A stretch of 64,000 bases of DNA from positions 43,960,001-44,024,000 of the forward strand of contig NC_045697.1 in the NCBI RefSeq assembly GCF_009834535.1, in the 5' to 3' direction. This DNA comes from Camelus ferus. Its lineage: Eukaryota. Below, piece by piece: positions 25,070 through 38,124 of the stretch (position 1 is the stretch's first letter; each line of letters begins with the position of its first letter). The notes beneath the pieces are model-generated. The model was not told where the DNA came from, ran no database searches, and was given only the letters and a program-made list of their open reading frames with translations. A program made the translations under genes and the position numbers.

Positions 25070-25750
25070 TGGAGCCCTATACAAAATGCAGCCGTTTTGG
25101 AAAACAGTTTGAAGCAGTTCTTCCAAACACTATACGTGACCTTGGTGGTATAGTGCTTAGCATAGCTGCCTTCCAAAATACTAAGCATAAAGTTACCATT
25201 TTGACCCAGCAATGCCACTTCTAGGTGTACACCGAAGAGAAATGAAAATAAATGTTCACACAAAAACTTGTACGCAGATAGTAATAGGAGCATTATTCAT
25301 AATAACCACAAAGTAGAAACAACCTGAATATCCATCAACTGATGAAAGGATAAACACGAAATGGTGTATCCACAGAATGCAGTATGATTCAGCAGAAAAG
25401 TACTGATATACACTACAGCATGGATTGTTGAAAATCTTAAAAACATGCTAACTGAAGGAAGTCAGTCACAAAAGACTATATTCTGTGATTCCATTTGTAT
25501 GAAATGTCTAGGATAAAGCAAAATAGTAGAGGCAGAAAGCAGGTTAAATGTGGTTTGGAGGTGGAGGTGAGAGGAAACGGGAGTGACTGCCAATGGATAT
25601 GTTTTTTCTCTGGAGAATATGTGACATAATATTCTAAAATTAGATTATGGGGATGGTTATACAGTTATACACTCTAGTCACTGAACTGTATCCATTTTAA
25701 ATGAGTGAATTTTATGGTATGTAAAATATATCTCAATAAAGCTATTTTTA
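25070..25750 (+). mobile_element. Old L1MB-like 3' region
   Basis: GACCCAGCAAT...CACACAAAAACTTGTAC...TCTCAATAAAGCT motifs. Confidence 0.7.
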
Positions 25751-26019
25751 AACTAGCACACAGCACACACACGCCTCACCTAGGTTTCCTGATTCTTAAT
25801 GTTTTACATAACCATTGTACAAATATTGAAACCAGGAAATTAATGTTGATAAACTACTAAAAACTAATCTATAGGTCTTGTTCAAATTTTACCAGTTGCC
25901 CCACTAATGTCCCAAGGAAGAGAAAAGCAGCCCTTGCTGTCCCAGAGCTGGCCCAGTGCTGTGAGCTAGGCTTTGGTGTTGCTGCAAGTTGGCCGGACAC
26001 TCACACACTAAGCCTTTTT

Positions 26020-26500
26020 CTTTTTCTTTTTCTTTTTTTTTTTTCTGAGCTATAATTGACATATAACACTGTATTAGTTTCAGATGTACAATATAATGAT
26101 TTGATATATTGTGAAATGATCACCACAGTAAAACTAGTTAACATCCATCACCACACTGTTAACAAATTATTTTTTCTTGTGATGAGAACTTTTAACATTT
26201 ATTCTCTTAGCAACTTTCAAATAGACAATTTAGCATTATTAACTATAGTCACCATGCGGTACATCACATCCCCAGGACTTACTTATTTCACAACAGGAAG
26301 TGTGGGCCTTTTGACCGTCTTCCCCCATTTCACCCACTTTCCACCTCTCACCTCTGGCAACCACCGATCTGTTATCTGTAACCATGAGTTTGGCTTGCTT
26401 GTTTGTTTTAGATTCCACAAATAGGTGAGATCATACTGTATTTGTCTTTCTCTGTCTGACTTATTTAGCTTAGCATCATGCCCTCCACGTCCATCTGTGT
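26020..26500 (-). mobile_element. L1MA-like 3' end, reverse orientation
   Basis: T-rich tail, then ATAATTGACATATAAC...TAGATTCCACA...GAGATCATAC. Confidence 0.75.
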
Positions 26501-27547
26501 CGTCCCTCTCACCTGGTCTTGGTGTTCCCTGGCACGTGAAACAACCTCACAGAGTGTTAACATGAGATAAGGCTACACTGTGACCATGATGGATCAAAAT
26601 AACAACGCTAGCACTCCATAATCGTATTTGAACACAGATGAATTTTAATCATCATCCAAGCCACAAAATACCAAACATTTCCCTTTCCTGACTCACATGA
26701 GTGATTGCTAATATAACCTATTGCAGAGTTAGCCTTGCTCTAGTCAGCACCTCCTATAGATAAGATTTATTAATATACCCAGTCATAGTATTGTGTCCAC
26801 TTTCTAGAGCATGTCAAGATGTCCCATTATTGATAATATTAACTTTGATCATTTGACTAAGATAGTGTCTGCCAGGTTTATCCAGTAGAAAGTTGCTGTT
26901 TTTCCCTTTGTAATTAGGAAATAGCCTGTGGGGAGATACTTTGAGACCATGTAAACGTCTTGTTTCTCATCATACTTTCAAAGTCTAATTTTAGCATCCA
27001 TCCATCCAAATCTTGGTTTCTAAATACTGTTTTTCAAATTTTAAAAGCCCAAGTTCATTGGAGAAATGGTTGATTAAAAGGCTGGGGCAGGGAAAGTACA
27101 AGATAAATCTGAAACATCTTGTGGGACCAAAAAATAAAATAGCGTGGATTAGAAGCGGGACCTCAGAACCAACTGGATGGCTCTTCCAATGCTACATCTG
27201 GGACAATTTGAGCAATGATGCAATTTTAATATTGTCTAGAGAAACTATCCATAATTCTATGCTGATATAAATAAAGGAATTTTTAAATGAGGGAGAAGGG
27301 GATAGTGCTTTCCTACAGTAGAATTCCCATTAATGAATGTGGGAGTGGGAAATACAAGATCAACATTTGACAAATCCACAGTAATCGTTGTTATAGACCC
27401 TCTGGGCATGCTGTGCCTCCCTCCTTAGGACCTGTGAGTAGAATAAATTCTTTAATTTTATATGCCTCTCTGAGTAGAATTTCCACAGCTGTGTTGGAGT
27501 GGTCCTTAAAGACCCCACAAAGGGGATTTACTCCCCTATTTATAACT

Positions 27548-27555
27548 CTGTGTGT

Positions 27556-27591
<36 letters not shown>

Positions 27592-27792
27592 AACCATGAG
27601 TTCATACCTCTGATTCTAATTCAACAGGATTCATACTAGCTGTCCTCCTTTTCTTATTTGTAATTTCTTTCTCTGACAGTGCAGTCTCATTATCCACAAT
27701 GTATTTACTTATTCAAGCTAAATATATATACATATAATATATATAAGTATATATATAATATATATAAATATATATGGTATATATATATATAT
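27548..27792. repeat. (TG)n at 27548-27587 and imperfect (TA)n at 27721-27792
   Basis: Direct reading. Confidence 0.85.
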
Positions 27793-30202
27793 GTTTCAGA
27801 ATTGCTAGTTTCTACCCCTGTAAGAAGCAAGTTTACTAACTAGAGTACAATACTTACGTCGGTTATTTTTGTCTTCAGCTTTACATTATATATTCAAAAT
27901 ACTTTGCAAAGTTATTTAGTTTACCCTTTTCTTCCCCAGTCCCTTTCGTGTGGTTGTAATATTAATTGTAATACACTCAGCTCTGTTTGTTACTGTTTAT
28001 ATTGCACTTTGGACTCCTTCCACGTTCTGATTGATTTTACTGATCCATTGTGTGTTGACTTGATACGTGAAATATTAGCATGGTCGGATGAGTCAGAGTC
28101 AAGTGAAAAGGCACACTGAGAGTAGTGTTGCCACCACCCCTGCTACTCCATTTCCATTCTCTCATTCTTTCCGTCTCATTTACTTTGAACATAAGAAATT
28201 TCATTTGTTCCTGGTTCATTCTTCCTGTACTTCTTATTTCACAGTTGAACAGATATAGTATGTTTCCTTATATCCCTTTATTTCTTATATAAAGGATTTC
28301 ATACCATAGCCATTCTTTTGTACATTTTTTTACCACTTATATATATCCTGGATGTCACTTCATGTTAGTTTATAGAGCTTATCCTCATTCTTTTCTTGAC
28401 AGCTGCATAACACTGCATTGTGCGAGTATACCATAGTTTATTCAACCTCTCTCCCATGTATTGTTTACAATTATTTCGTAAAAACAAGCAATGCTGCTAT
28501 GAATAACCTCATGCATGTGTATTTTTGCATTGTTGGAGGTGTATCTTCAGGATGAATTTCTAGGGGAGGGATTACTTGGTCAAATGGAAAGTGTTTACAT
28601 AGTTTTGTTAGGTATTGCCAAAGGTCCTCCCAGAATGGTCGTACCAGTTTGCATTCACACCAGCAATATTTTAGAGTGCCTGTTTCTCCACAGCCTTGCC
28701 AAAAGACTGTGTTGCCTTCTTTTTAATTTTTGCCAATCTAAGTGTTTAATTTATATGTATTTAATATTGAATGAATTTGAACATCTTTTTTATAAATCTA
28801 TTTAAGGGTCATTTTCATGTCACATTTTTTGTGAATTATCTGTTCCTGCCTTTTTGTCATTTTTCTCAACCTTGGGGCTTTTAAATTTCTCTCATTTTAA
28901 AGTTTTCTTAAAATACTTAATTCAAATTTAGTCCTTGTTTTCATTTTGTTATTTTATAATCATTTTATTAAAACTTAGAAAAATATGTGGCATTTGCATA
29001 CCACACTCACTACTGGGAAGGGAAGTACCTAGAGCTATTTTCTAAAGGTGATAATGTTTGATACAAACATTTAAAAGAACATTTTAAAGTTTCTTCCTTC
29101 TTTTTAAAAAAATAATAAAAATAAATTTGTTTTATCCTCATCCAGAAACACTGAATGTTCTTCCCATGAGGCTGTTTGCTAGGACTCAGAGAACCATCTA
29201 TAAAAGTAGACCTGGTTAATTTACAATTAGCTGTGATGAAGCCTGCGGAGATTTAGACATGTTTGAACCAATGCTGATGCGTTTTCAGTTATGCAGAGAA
29301 ACACTCAAGATGTTGTTCTGTTTCATATGCTACTCTCTTTTTGTCCTCAGGAACTACCAAACTAGCCAGGTGTCACTAAGCAATGCAATCAAGAAAGAAA
29401 CCAGCTAACTCAAGAAATAGAAAAATTACAAAGTAATAGGGGACAGTGGAAGTTATCTGCTTGCTTTTGAAACTGTTCTATGAGGGGAATAATGTAAGAA
29501 AGCAAATAGTACAATCACATTGCCTGAGTATCTGGAGGCATTGTGTTTTTGATTTTAGTATTTTTCTTTTGTGCTTTTAAAAACATGTCCTGAAATCAAC
29601 TCACTTCATTAAAAAGTAAGAACTAAAAAGAAAAAAACCAAAAAATGAAAAAAAAAAAAGAAAGAAAGCAAAACAAACAAGCAAAAAACACCTACAGAAA
29701 AAAGAAATCTGAAGTGGAAATGTATTACACCTCAGTGTCTAGCACACTGTAAGTGAATCAAGCATAAAATAAGTATTTAATTCAACAAGGCAATAAAAAG
29801 TATCTTCTGTGAGCCTAGCATTGAGCTTGGTGCTAAAGAAATAAATATAAAGAGAGGGTTCCAGTTCTCAAGGAGATCACAACACACCAATGGCAATGCC
29901 ATCTGTATGTACTAAGTGTTCTGATGGAGTGGGGACTCTAAAGCTGAGGGGCAAAGGCAGGAGCAGGGACTGTGGAATGAGCCCGAGAAGGATTTGAATT
30001 TCACAATTCACTTAAAGTCTCTGAGCATCCATTTCCTCATCAACTCAATAAAGATAATAATTCCTACCTAATAGGGCTGTTGTAGGATTAAGTGGACAAT
30101 GTGAATCTAGTACAGTGCCTGACAGAGTAGAATCTCTGTGACTACAAGCTCATAGAATTGCCAATAAACGTTTGTGGAAATCATCAAAAGCAGCTCCTTA
30201 CT

Positions 30203-30314
30203 GGGTGGGCAGGGTACAGCTTAGTGTTAGAGCGCATGCTTAGCAGGCACGAGGTCCTGGGTTCAATCCTCAGTACCTCTGTTAAAATAAATAAATAAAT
30301 ACCTAATTACCCCC

Positions 30315-30372
<58 letters not shown>
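30203..30372 (+). mobile_element. tRNA-Ala-derived SINE (Vic-1-like) with (CA)n tail
   Basis: A/B boxes and ACCTAATTACC tail; TSD CAG(C/T)TCCTT(A/G)CT at 30191 and 30373. Confidence 0.85.

Positions 30373-30374
<2 letters not shown>
30317..30374. repeat. (CA)n microsatellite in a SINE tail
   Basis: Direct reading of an uninterrupted CA run. Confidence 0.95.
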
Positions 30375-30377
<3 letters not shown>

Positions 30378-30868
30378 CCTTGCTACATTTTTGTACATAA
30401 TTAGCCACTCTCCCTTATATTTATCTGATTTTTTTTAATGTTCATTAAACTCATCCCCAAGCTTTATCTCATTTAATGCCCTCAATAAGCATGAGAGGTG
30501 GATAGGTCAGAAACTATTTCCATTTTACAGATTAGTAAGTGGAAATTTAAATGACTAGTTAAATGACTAGGCTGTTCAATGACTAGTTCAAGATAACACA
30601 GTTTAGGAAACTGGAATTTGAGCAAAGATATTCTCATTCCAGATCAGATCAATGTTCCATGACCCTGCAGTGCCTCTCATGATGGAGAGAAATTAGGACT
30701 AACCTAACAAAATGTACTTCATAATAATCTTTACTGGGGTACACTATAAGGGCTTGCCCCTAACACGTGTCAAGGGTCTGGCAAGTCAGCACTCACAGAG
30801 GGATACAGGCTCCAGGTAAATTTGAAGAGAAGAACCAACTTGGATGCAGAAAGATTGGAGAGGACTTC

Positions 30869-32179
30869 TGTGATATTGTGGTTTATAATAAGAAATACAT
30901 ATTTGGTCTTCATTCTTGTTCATAGCACAGAGCTTCTAAAATCTTTGGAAATTCTTAAGAGGTAAGAATCATAAAGATGTCTTATTATTCATAGCAAGCC
31001 CCTCTCAACTACAGAGGAGTTTATGCTAATGAAGTGACTTTTGGAAAGCCTTGAGGATTGGGGCTGGTTGCCAGGGGAACCAACCTGTGATTAGAGGTTT
31101 GGAGCTTTTAGCCCTACCTCCTAGGCTTCCAGGAAAGGGAAAGGAGTTGGAGATTGAGTTCAATCACCAATGGCCAAGGATTCAATCAATCATGTCTATG
31201 TAATGAAGCCTCCATGAAAACCCTAAAGGACAGGGTTCAGAGAGCTTTTGTGTTGGTGTGCTGGGAGGGGTGGCATACCCAAACTCCACAGGCTCTGAAC
31301 CTCACCTTCGGTATCTGTCATCTGGCTGTTCATTTGTATCCTTCAATATCCTTTATAATATATCAATCATCCAGTAAGTAAACTGTTTTCCTGAGCTCTG
31401 TCAGCCACTTCAACAAATTAATCAAACCAGTTGGTCAGAAGCACAGGTGATAACCTGGACTTACAATTGGCATCTGAGGTAGGGGAGGGAGGGCAGTTTT
31501 GTGGCACTGAGCACTTCGCTTGTGGAATCTGACACTATCTCCTGTACACACTTGTTGGAATTGAGCTAAACTGTAGAACCACATATGGTTGGACCCCCCC
31601 CAACATGACAGTTCTCTTCTCTCTGAACATCTCTTGCTCAACCAGCCTCTGCTTCACCTACACCCAACTCACATGACTGATCTTCCCTCTTAATCACATG
31701 CCTAATCAAATTCCTAAATTCCTATGTAATTGCCCCCGGCCCCCGCTAGAGACTGTTCTAAGATTTGGATCAGAACACCTCCACCATGATAGCTTTTCAA
31801 AGAGGTGGTGGGGGGCATGCTCCTCTGCTGGTTTCCTTGGTAACCAATGAGCCAACCTGGGGGCTAAGACTACTGCTATGTCCTGCCCACCGCCCACTGC
31901 ACATGGTGGGGCATCACTCCAAGACTTTTTTTCAGACATGTAAGCTCCCCCATCCATTAAACTATTGATGTCTCTGTCACTGGCTCCGGGACCTTTTTTT
32001 TTTGATCTAGAGGCTAGGCAAGCACAGGGCTTGCAAGCCTATGGGGTGCAGCCCAATGGACACCCAGCGGGTGTTGCAGAATTGCTTAGTGTGCGAAAAG
32101 CTACCACACATTCAGTGATCACAAGTGAAGTAGAGTGTTCTGAGAGTAGACAGAAAACAGGAGAGTTTTTTTCTTTACA
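30869..32179. mobile_element. MER21-like LTR split by a nested LTR
   Basis: Begins TGTGATATTGTG and ends TTTACA. MER21-type motifs (GGGGCTGGTTGCCAGGGGAACCAACC, GTAATGAAGCCTCCAT); GGACACCCAG resumes after the insert. Confidence 0.6.
31586..32056 (+). mobile_element. Solo LTR nested in the MER21-like element
   Basis: About 470 bp interrupting the host LTR, with CCAAT, an ATTAAA poly(A)-like signal and a GGGGTGCAGCCCAA end. Confidence 0.5.
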
Positions 32180-32306
32180 ATCAGAAACAAGTCCATAAAA
32201 AAGGAAACATTAAAAAAAGGAGAAAGAGGGGGAAATGTGTGTGTGCACAGAAACTTAGGATGGTGCAGTTTTAGAGAGTCTGTTTCCCTTATTTGCTATT
32301 TCTGGC

Positions 32307-32771
32307 TGTTGGCTAAAAAAAAATACACAATGTGGGAGTTGTGAGTTAAGTTTTACTTAGGGGCCAAATGAGGGCTATTGCCCGGGAGACAGCCTCTCAG
32401 ATAGCTCTGAGGAAGTGCTCGGAAGAAGCAGGTGGGGAGGTCAGTATATGTGTGATTTTAGTGAAGAGGGATATGTGCAGTCAAGCACACATCTTGGCAG
32501 AAAGTTTCTGCTAGTCGTAAGGATCAGATGTCTTTGTTAATGATTTTAGTTCTTTTCTAGAAATGAGAAGATGCAAGAAATTGGGCTCATAAAATCTTCT
32601 GCAAATATCTATCTGAAGCCCTGTTCTGCCAGTTTCCCCCAGAGCACAGAGTGTCTCATTCCTGATCTCCACCCTGAGCTCCTTTCAAGGTGTGTTGAAG
32701 GTCAGCCACTGCGGTAGCTAGAGACTTCATTCTTGTAGAGCCAAATGGCGAGTGACAGGGTGTAGTTGGCA
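32307..32771 (-). mobile_element. ERV1-class solo LTR (MER4/MER41-group-like)
   Basis: TG...CA termini with a perfect 4-bp TSD TGGC (32303-32306 / 32772-32775). Family and orientation assigned from recalled similarity. Confidence 0.7.
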
Positions 32772-33089
32772 TGGCCATAGGTGTCCTCATTTGTTTCCCT
32801 GTCTTGTGTGCAGACTAGGCACCTGCTTAAAAATAGTACTTGCAACCCTGTTACATTCCCTGTACTTCTAGGGGAGCATTTTTACCTTTTACCACTTCAG
32901 TGAATCTCTTCCCCCAGGGAACACTGCAGAAATTATGTTCTTCAGGGACTAACAAGCCACTTGATCTAAATCTCCTTACTTGCCTACAAAGCAGAGTGCC
33001 TCAAAACAGGCTTCCAAGAGCAACCTCCAGGCTACTGACACTAACTTTTTTCCTTTCAGATCACAGCTACTGAAGATTCAGTAACCAAA

Positions 33090-33202
33090 ATGCAAGCTGC
33101 ATCCCCAGTGGTCATTGTGACTCAGCCTACAAGTGGTCCAGTACTTCAAACCTCCAACTGGCAGACGGGCATGTGTGACTGCTTCAGCGACTGCTGGGGT
33201 CT
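33090..33202 (+). CDS. PLAC8: PLAC8 coding exon 1 (exon starts 33060); contains an apparent +1 frameshift near 33195
   Basis: Branch point CTAAC at 33041 and pyrimidine tract with AG at 33058-33059. ATG at 33090 reads MQAASPVVIVTQPTSGPVLQTSNWQTGMCDCFSDC(WG). Donor GTAAGT at 33203. Confidence 0.92.
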
Positions 33203-35006
33203 GTAAGTGCTGGGAAAAGGGCCCCGGTAACTGACATGGAGGCAAATTAACAAAGACCAAATCCTCCCCTCATTCCTCCCTTATCATGTAATAAAAGTTC
33301 CTGACCTACTCCTCCAGGGCACCCTGCATGTCAGGCAACGCTTTATTAACAGAAAATGCCTGTACTGAGTATAAGGTAATTCTTCTCCTTCCTTCAAAGA
33401 GTAGTTTTACTCTTAAAAATAAGTGCTGGGTTAAAATAACAGTATAAAAGCAAATGACTCTAACCATGCACAAGCTTGGCCTAATGATTTTAAGTTGACT
33501 GTGCATTATATAGAAGAGATGTTTCAAGCTTAACTTGATTTTTTTTTTAAAAAAGGCTGCTCTTGTTACATTTAAATTCAACTCCTTATATTATAGTTCC
33601 ATTGTGTCCAGTACACAAGGGATAATTTTCATCCATGGTTTCAGCATGAGCTCAGAGAAGAACTATTTTAATTTAGGGCTTTTAGGTTTTTTTATACACA
33701 TAAGAACAAAGAATTTTAAAGGCAATTAACTTCTCATTGGGTAAAATATCTCTGACTCTGTTTTTTGTTTTGCTTCATTTCATTTTCTGATGTCTAAGTG
33801 ACTTTCTGAGAAAAGGAAGTTTGAGGGTGAGATGAAAGTGTCAGAGGTCAAATGCGTAGTTCTCAACACCAAGCAAGAAACAAACAAACCTACTTACCAA
33901 AAAAATGTTTGCTCTGAGATTTTTTTTTGCCTATTTCAAATCTACATCGTGTTCTGAGACAGGGAAGAAAATCTTGTTAACCTTTAACTTAGCAGTGAAG
34001 TTGAAATTTGGAATCAAGTTAATAATTACATTGCAAAGCATAGAAGAAAAGGGTTACCCGGGAAATGGAACAACTGGGTTTGTTGATTTGCTCTCATTGT
34101 CTTACTGGAGACCTGGAGTCATGAGTTACACTTCTCAGGACATTAGTTCAACATCTGCAAATCATAGTGATAATGAGACTACAAAACTAAAACCTTCTAA
34201 AGAGGAACATTTTAATCCTCCAAACCCTAGTATTGTTCCTCAAGTAAGTGAATTACATGTTCTAATATGAACTTAATAGTTTCATGGCAGGATTCCTTAA
34301 TTATAGATCTGACCAAATCATTCTTTCTTTTTAAGATACTTCAGAGGTTCCTCATGACTTTCATGACCCACTCTGAGGTCTCATATTTCTTCACTGTCCT
34401 GTCCCAACCTGCCTTGTCTTCTAGCCTCATCCCCATCCCATCCCTGGGCTCTAGCCATGTTGAATGAAGACCAGGCATTGCCAAGACATGCAGGTTATCT
34501 CAAAGAGGCTTTTTTCCCTTTTCTCTACCTGTAAAATCCCTAATCTTCCTTCAATATTCAGATCAAGCCATCTTTTCTTCCCACAGCCTAGGAGATCCCA
34601 TTTCTGTGGGTGACACCTAGATGTCTTGAGTAGTTCTGTTGGGGAACTTTTTGTATTATGTGACTTCCCTACTAGACTTCAGACAGAGGCATTATCAGCA
34701 CTGAGGACAATCTTTGGAACATGACTAGGATTCAGTGAATCATTCAATATGTATTTGAAGGCGTTACTACAAAAAGAATACAGACTTTCCAAGGTGCTGT
34801 CACTCCTAAAATGATTAGATGGGGAGAAGGGAGAAGCTAATGCAATGTTGAACAAAGTAGTGCCGATTAACTTGGCAGCACGGTATGTGCAAATCCCCAG
34901 GATGTGGGCTGCCATTCATGAAGGCAAACTAACTTTCCACTGCGTGGGGGGCGGGGGAAGCAGGGGCAGAGTGGAGTCATTTGCGCCTCTGCCTTCATGT
35001 GTTCAG

Positions 35007-35131
35007 GTCTCTGTGGCACATTTTGCTTCACGTGCCTTGCGATTCAAGTTGCATCTGACATGAACGAATGCTGTCTGTGTGGAACAAGTGTCGCCATGAG
35101 GACCCTCTATCGGACTCGATACGGCATCCCG
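35007..35131 (+). CDS. PLAC8: PLAC8 coding exon 2
   Basis: Acceptor TTCAG|GT; reads LCGTFCFTCLAIQVASDMNECCLCGTSVAMRTLYRTRYGIP; donor CCG|GTGAGT. Confidence 0.95.
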
Positions 35132-35621
35132 GTGAGTCTCTTACAATACTGTGTCATTCAAATCCGCACCAACATTCAAAATAATTGCTATAAACATGGA
35201 GGCCCTTTGATGGTATCCACCATCTGGATTGGATCTGTAGGCGCTTCCTAGCTTGTGCAACCTTGTATTCCATTATTGTAGCAATAGATCCTCTGATTAT
35301 GTGACTGCCTTCCATGTATCTGTGAAAACCCTAGAGAATAAACGTCTCATATTTGCCATGTATATCATACAACGGGAGAGGATTGTTCAGAGCCTACTAT
35401 GGCTCAGGTACATTACCTATGTTACATCACTTAATCTTTACATTATCCCTATAAAGTAAGTAGGTCCCCACATTTGCCAGATGAGGACTTTAAAGTTTGA
35501 GAAGGTCAAGTAACTCAGGCAAAGATACGCACTAGAGTAAAGGGAGTCAGTATTCAACTCCAACTTTCCACGCCTGCATATTCCATTATACCATAAGCTT
35601 CACTTTATGTAATAGGAGAAG

Positions 35622-36023
35622 ATATTAGTGCTCTCCAGAAACAGAATGAAAAGGAGATATAGATGACATGGATATAGATAAATAGAGAGAGAAAGAGATG
35701 TCAAGGAATTTGCTCATATTATTGTGGGGGCTAGCAAGTCCAAAACAGCAGGATAGGCTGACAGGCTGGGAAGAGTTGCAGAGTCCAAAGGCAGCCTGCT
35801 GGCAGAATTCCTTCTTGCTCAGGGGAGGTCAATCTTTTTCTATTAAGGCCTTCAACGAATTAGACAAGGCCCACCCACATTACAGATGGTTACTGTAAGT
35901 CTGCCGATGTAAATGTTAATCTCATCTAAAATATTACCTTCACAGAAACATCTAGAATAGTGTTTGCTTGAATATCTGGGTACCATGGCCTAGCTAAGTT
36001 GACACATAAAACTAACCACCACA
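35622..36023 (-). mobile_element. MLT2 (ERVL) solo LTR
   Basis: Ends AGTTGACACATAAAACTAACCACCACA, the reverse complement of the MLT2 start. Confidence 0.75.
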
Positions 36024-36404
36024 AGGAACAAATGACATAGAATATTATAGGAACTTATTTTATTCCATTGAAATTATTTTATTTTTTCAGTTAAAAGATG
36101 TATTTCTTAACTATAAAAAATAATAAACATATAGGTAATTTTATGACAAATTCAAACACAGAAATATATAAAACAAAAAGTGAAAATATGACTCCTTTAC
36201 ACACAATGCCACTACTCAGTGATAAACCCTGTTAATCATCGGTGTGCATTGCTATCCTTCAGGGTTTTTCTCCTATGCCTATAAGGCATCTGAATATAAA
36301 TTAGATGTGGCTATAGCTACAGATCTAGACACGTGGGGTTTGGGGTTTGGGGTTTGCAAGGCTCTTTTATTTGTTTTGTTTTTACTTTTTAAAATGGGGT
36401 CATA

Positions 36405-36512
36405 CAAAAGAATATGAAGATGAATATATGTATGTATATGCATGACTGAGACATTGTGCTGTACACCAGAAATTGACACCTTGTAACTGACAGTACTTCA
36501 ATAAATTTTTTT
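36405..36512 (+). mobile_element. Very short LINE-1 3' end in a PLAC8 intron
   Basis: GCTGTACACCAGAAATTGACAC motif; AATAAA at 36500. Confidence 0.75.
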
Positions 36513-38124
36513 AAATTGGTTGATATTATACTATAATCTGTTTTCTTTTTTCTACTTAATATATGGTAGGCCCCTTTTATGTCTGTAATACAGATTCTTT
36601 TTAATGTCTACATAGTATTCCATCATATAGATAATTTATTTAATCACTTCCTTATTGGTGGAAAGTTAAATAATATTGCATTTTAAATAGTTGTCCATAT
36701 ATGATTTGTACATGCACTGGTATTTTTGTAGGCTAGTGTACTACATTAGATTGATAGATCACAGGGTATGCACATTCAAAATTTGAAAGATACTGTCAAA
36801 TACTCCTCCAAAAAGATTATACCAATTTATAATTCATTAAAATTATATGTGTGCCAATATTTTTTTTCCATTTTGTCCATCAGAGAGGCAAAAATGATAT
36901 TTCTTTCTTGCTTTAACTAAATTTTTATTAGATAGATCAAGCAACTTTTTGAAAATTTACTGTCCTTTTGCACTTCTGTAAATTATCTGTACATACACTT
37001 TGTTCATTGTTTTATTGGGTTGTTTGCCTTTTCTTATCGGTTTGTTGGAATGCTTTATTTATTATGCTACGACTATTTAACATGGACTTTAGCAAATTTT
37101 TTAAAGGCTTAGTACATGACCAACTTTTTAAAATGCTCCCTGGGAGTTTGAAAAATCAGTAACAGTCTAAAACTAGAACTCTAGTTGATTTTAACAAAAT
37201 TTGGAAGATTAGAAGAAAGAGGAAGAAGCAAATATACCCTAAAGACTTTGTTGGTCTGGCATTGATTGGTAAATATAACTTTTTAAAAAAGAATCTTATT
37301 GAAGTATAATAGACTACAATAAACCGCATATATTTAAAGTGTACAATTTGATAAGTTTAGACTATGAATGTACCTGTGAAACCAACCTCACAGTCAAAAT
37401 GATGCACATATTCATCACCCCCAAAAGTTCAGTCACACCCCTTTGTAATCCTTCCTTCTTCCTCTTCTCTCTTCCCTAAGTAACTCAACACGCTTTCTGT
37501 CAGTATAGATCAGTTTTCATTGGCTATCATTTTATGTAATAGACCTGTACAGTGCGTACTATTTTGTGTAGCTTCTTTCACCCAGTATGCATATTTTGAG
37601 ATTCATCCAAGTTGTTGTGTTGTGTACAAGTTACCATGTGTTAAGAGGGTTGATTTGATGTTAAGTATTTTTAACACAAAAAAAAAATTAGAAAAAAATA
37701 AAATATTTGAATGGTTATTAACCACATAAAAAGATGTTCAGCATCATCAGTCATTAGAGAAATGCAAATTAAAGCCACAAGGAGATACCACTACGCGCCT
37801 ATTTGGATGCTAAAATTAATCAGGCTAAACCACACCAGGTGTTAGCAGATATGGAGGAACTGAAACTCTCATGTACTGCTGGTGGGAATGTAAAATCAGT
37901 TTCTTAAAAAGTGAAGCATATACCTACCATTTGGCCCAGTCATTCTGCTCCTAGATACTTACCCAAGGAAATACATATCCATAACAAGACTTGCAAATGT
38001 TCAGAGCAGTTTTGCTTGTAATAGCCAGAACTAAAAACAACCCAAACGTCCCCTAGCGGGCGACTGGATAAACAAATTGTGATATATCCATATAATGGAA
38101 TACTAGTCAGCAATAACAAGGAAT

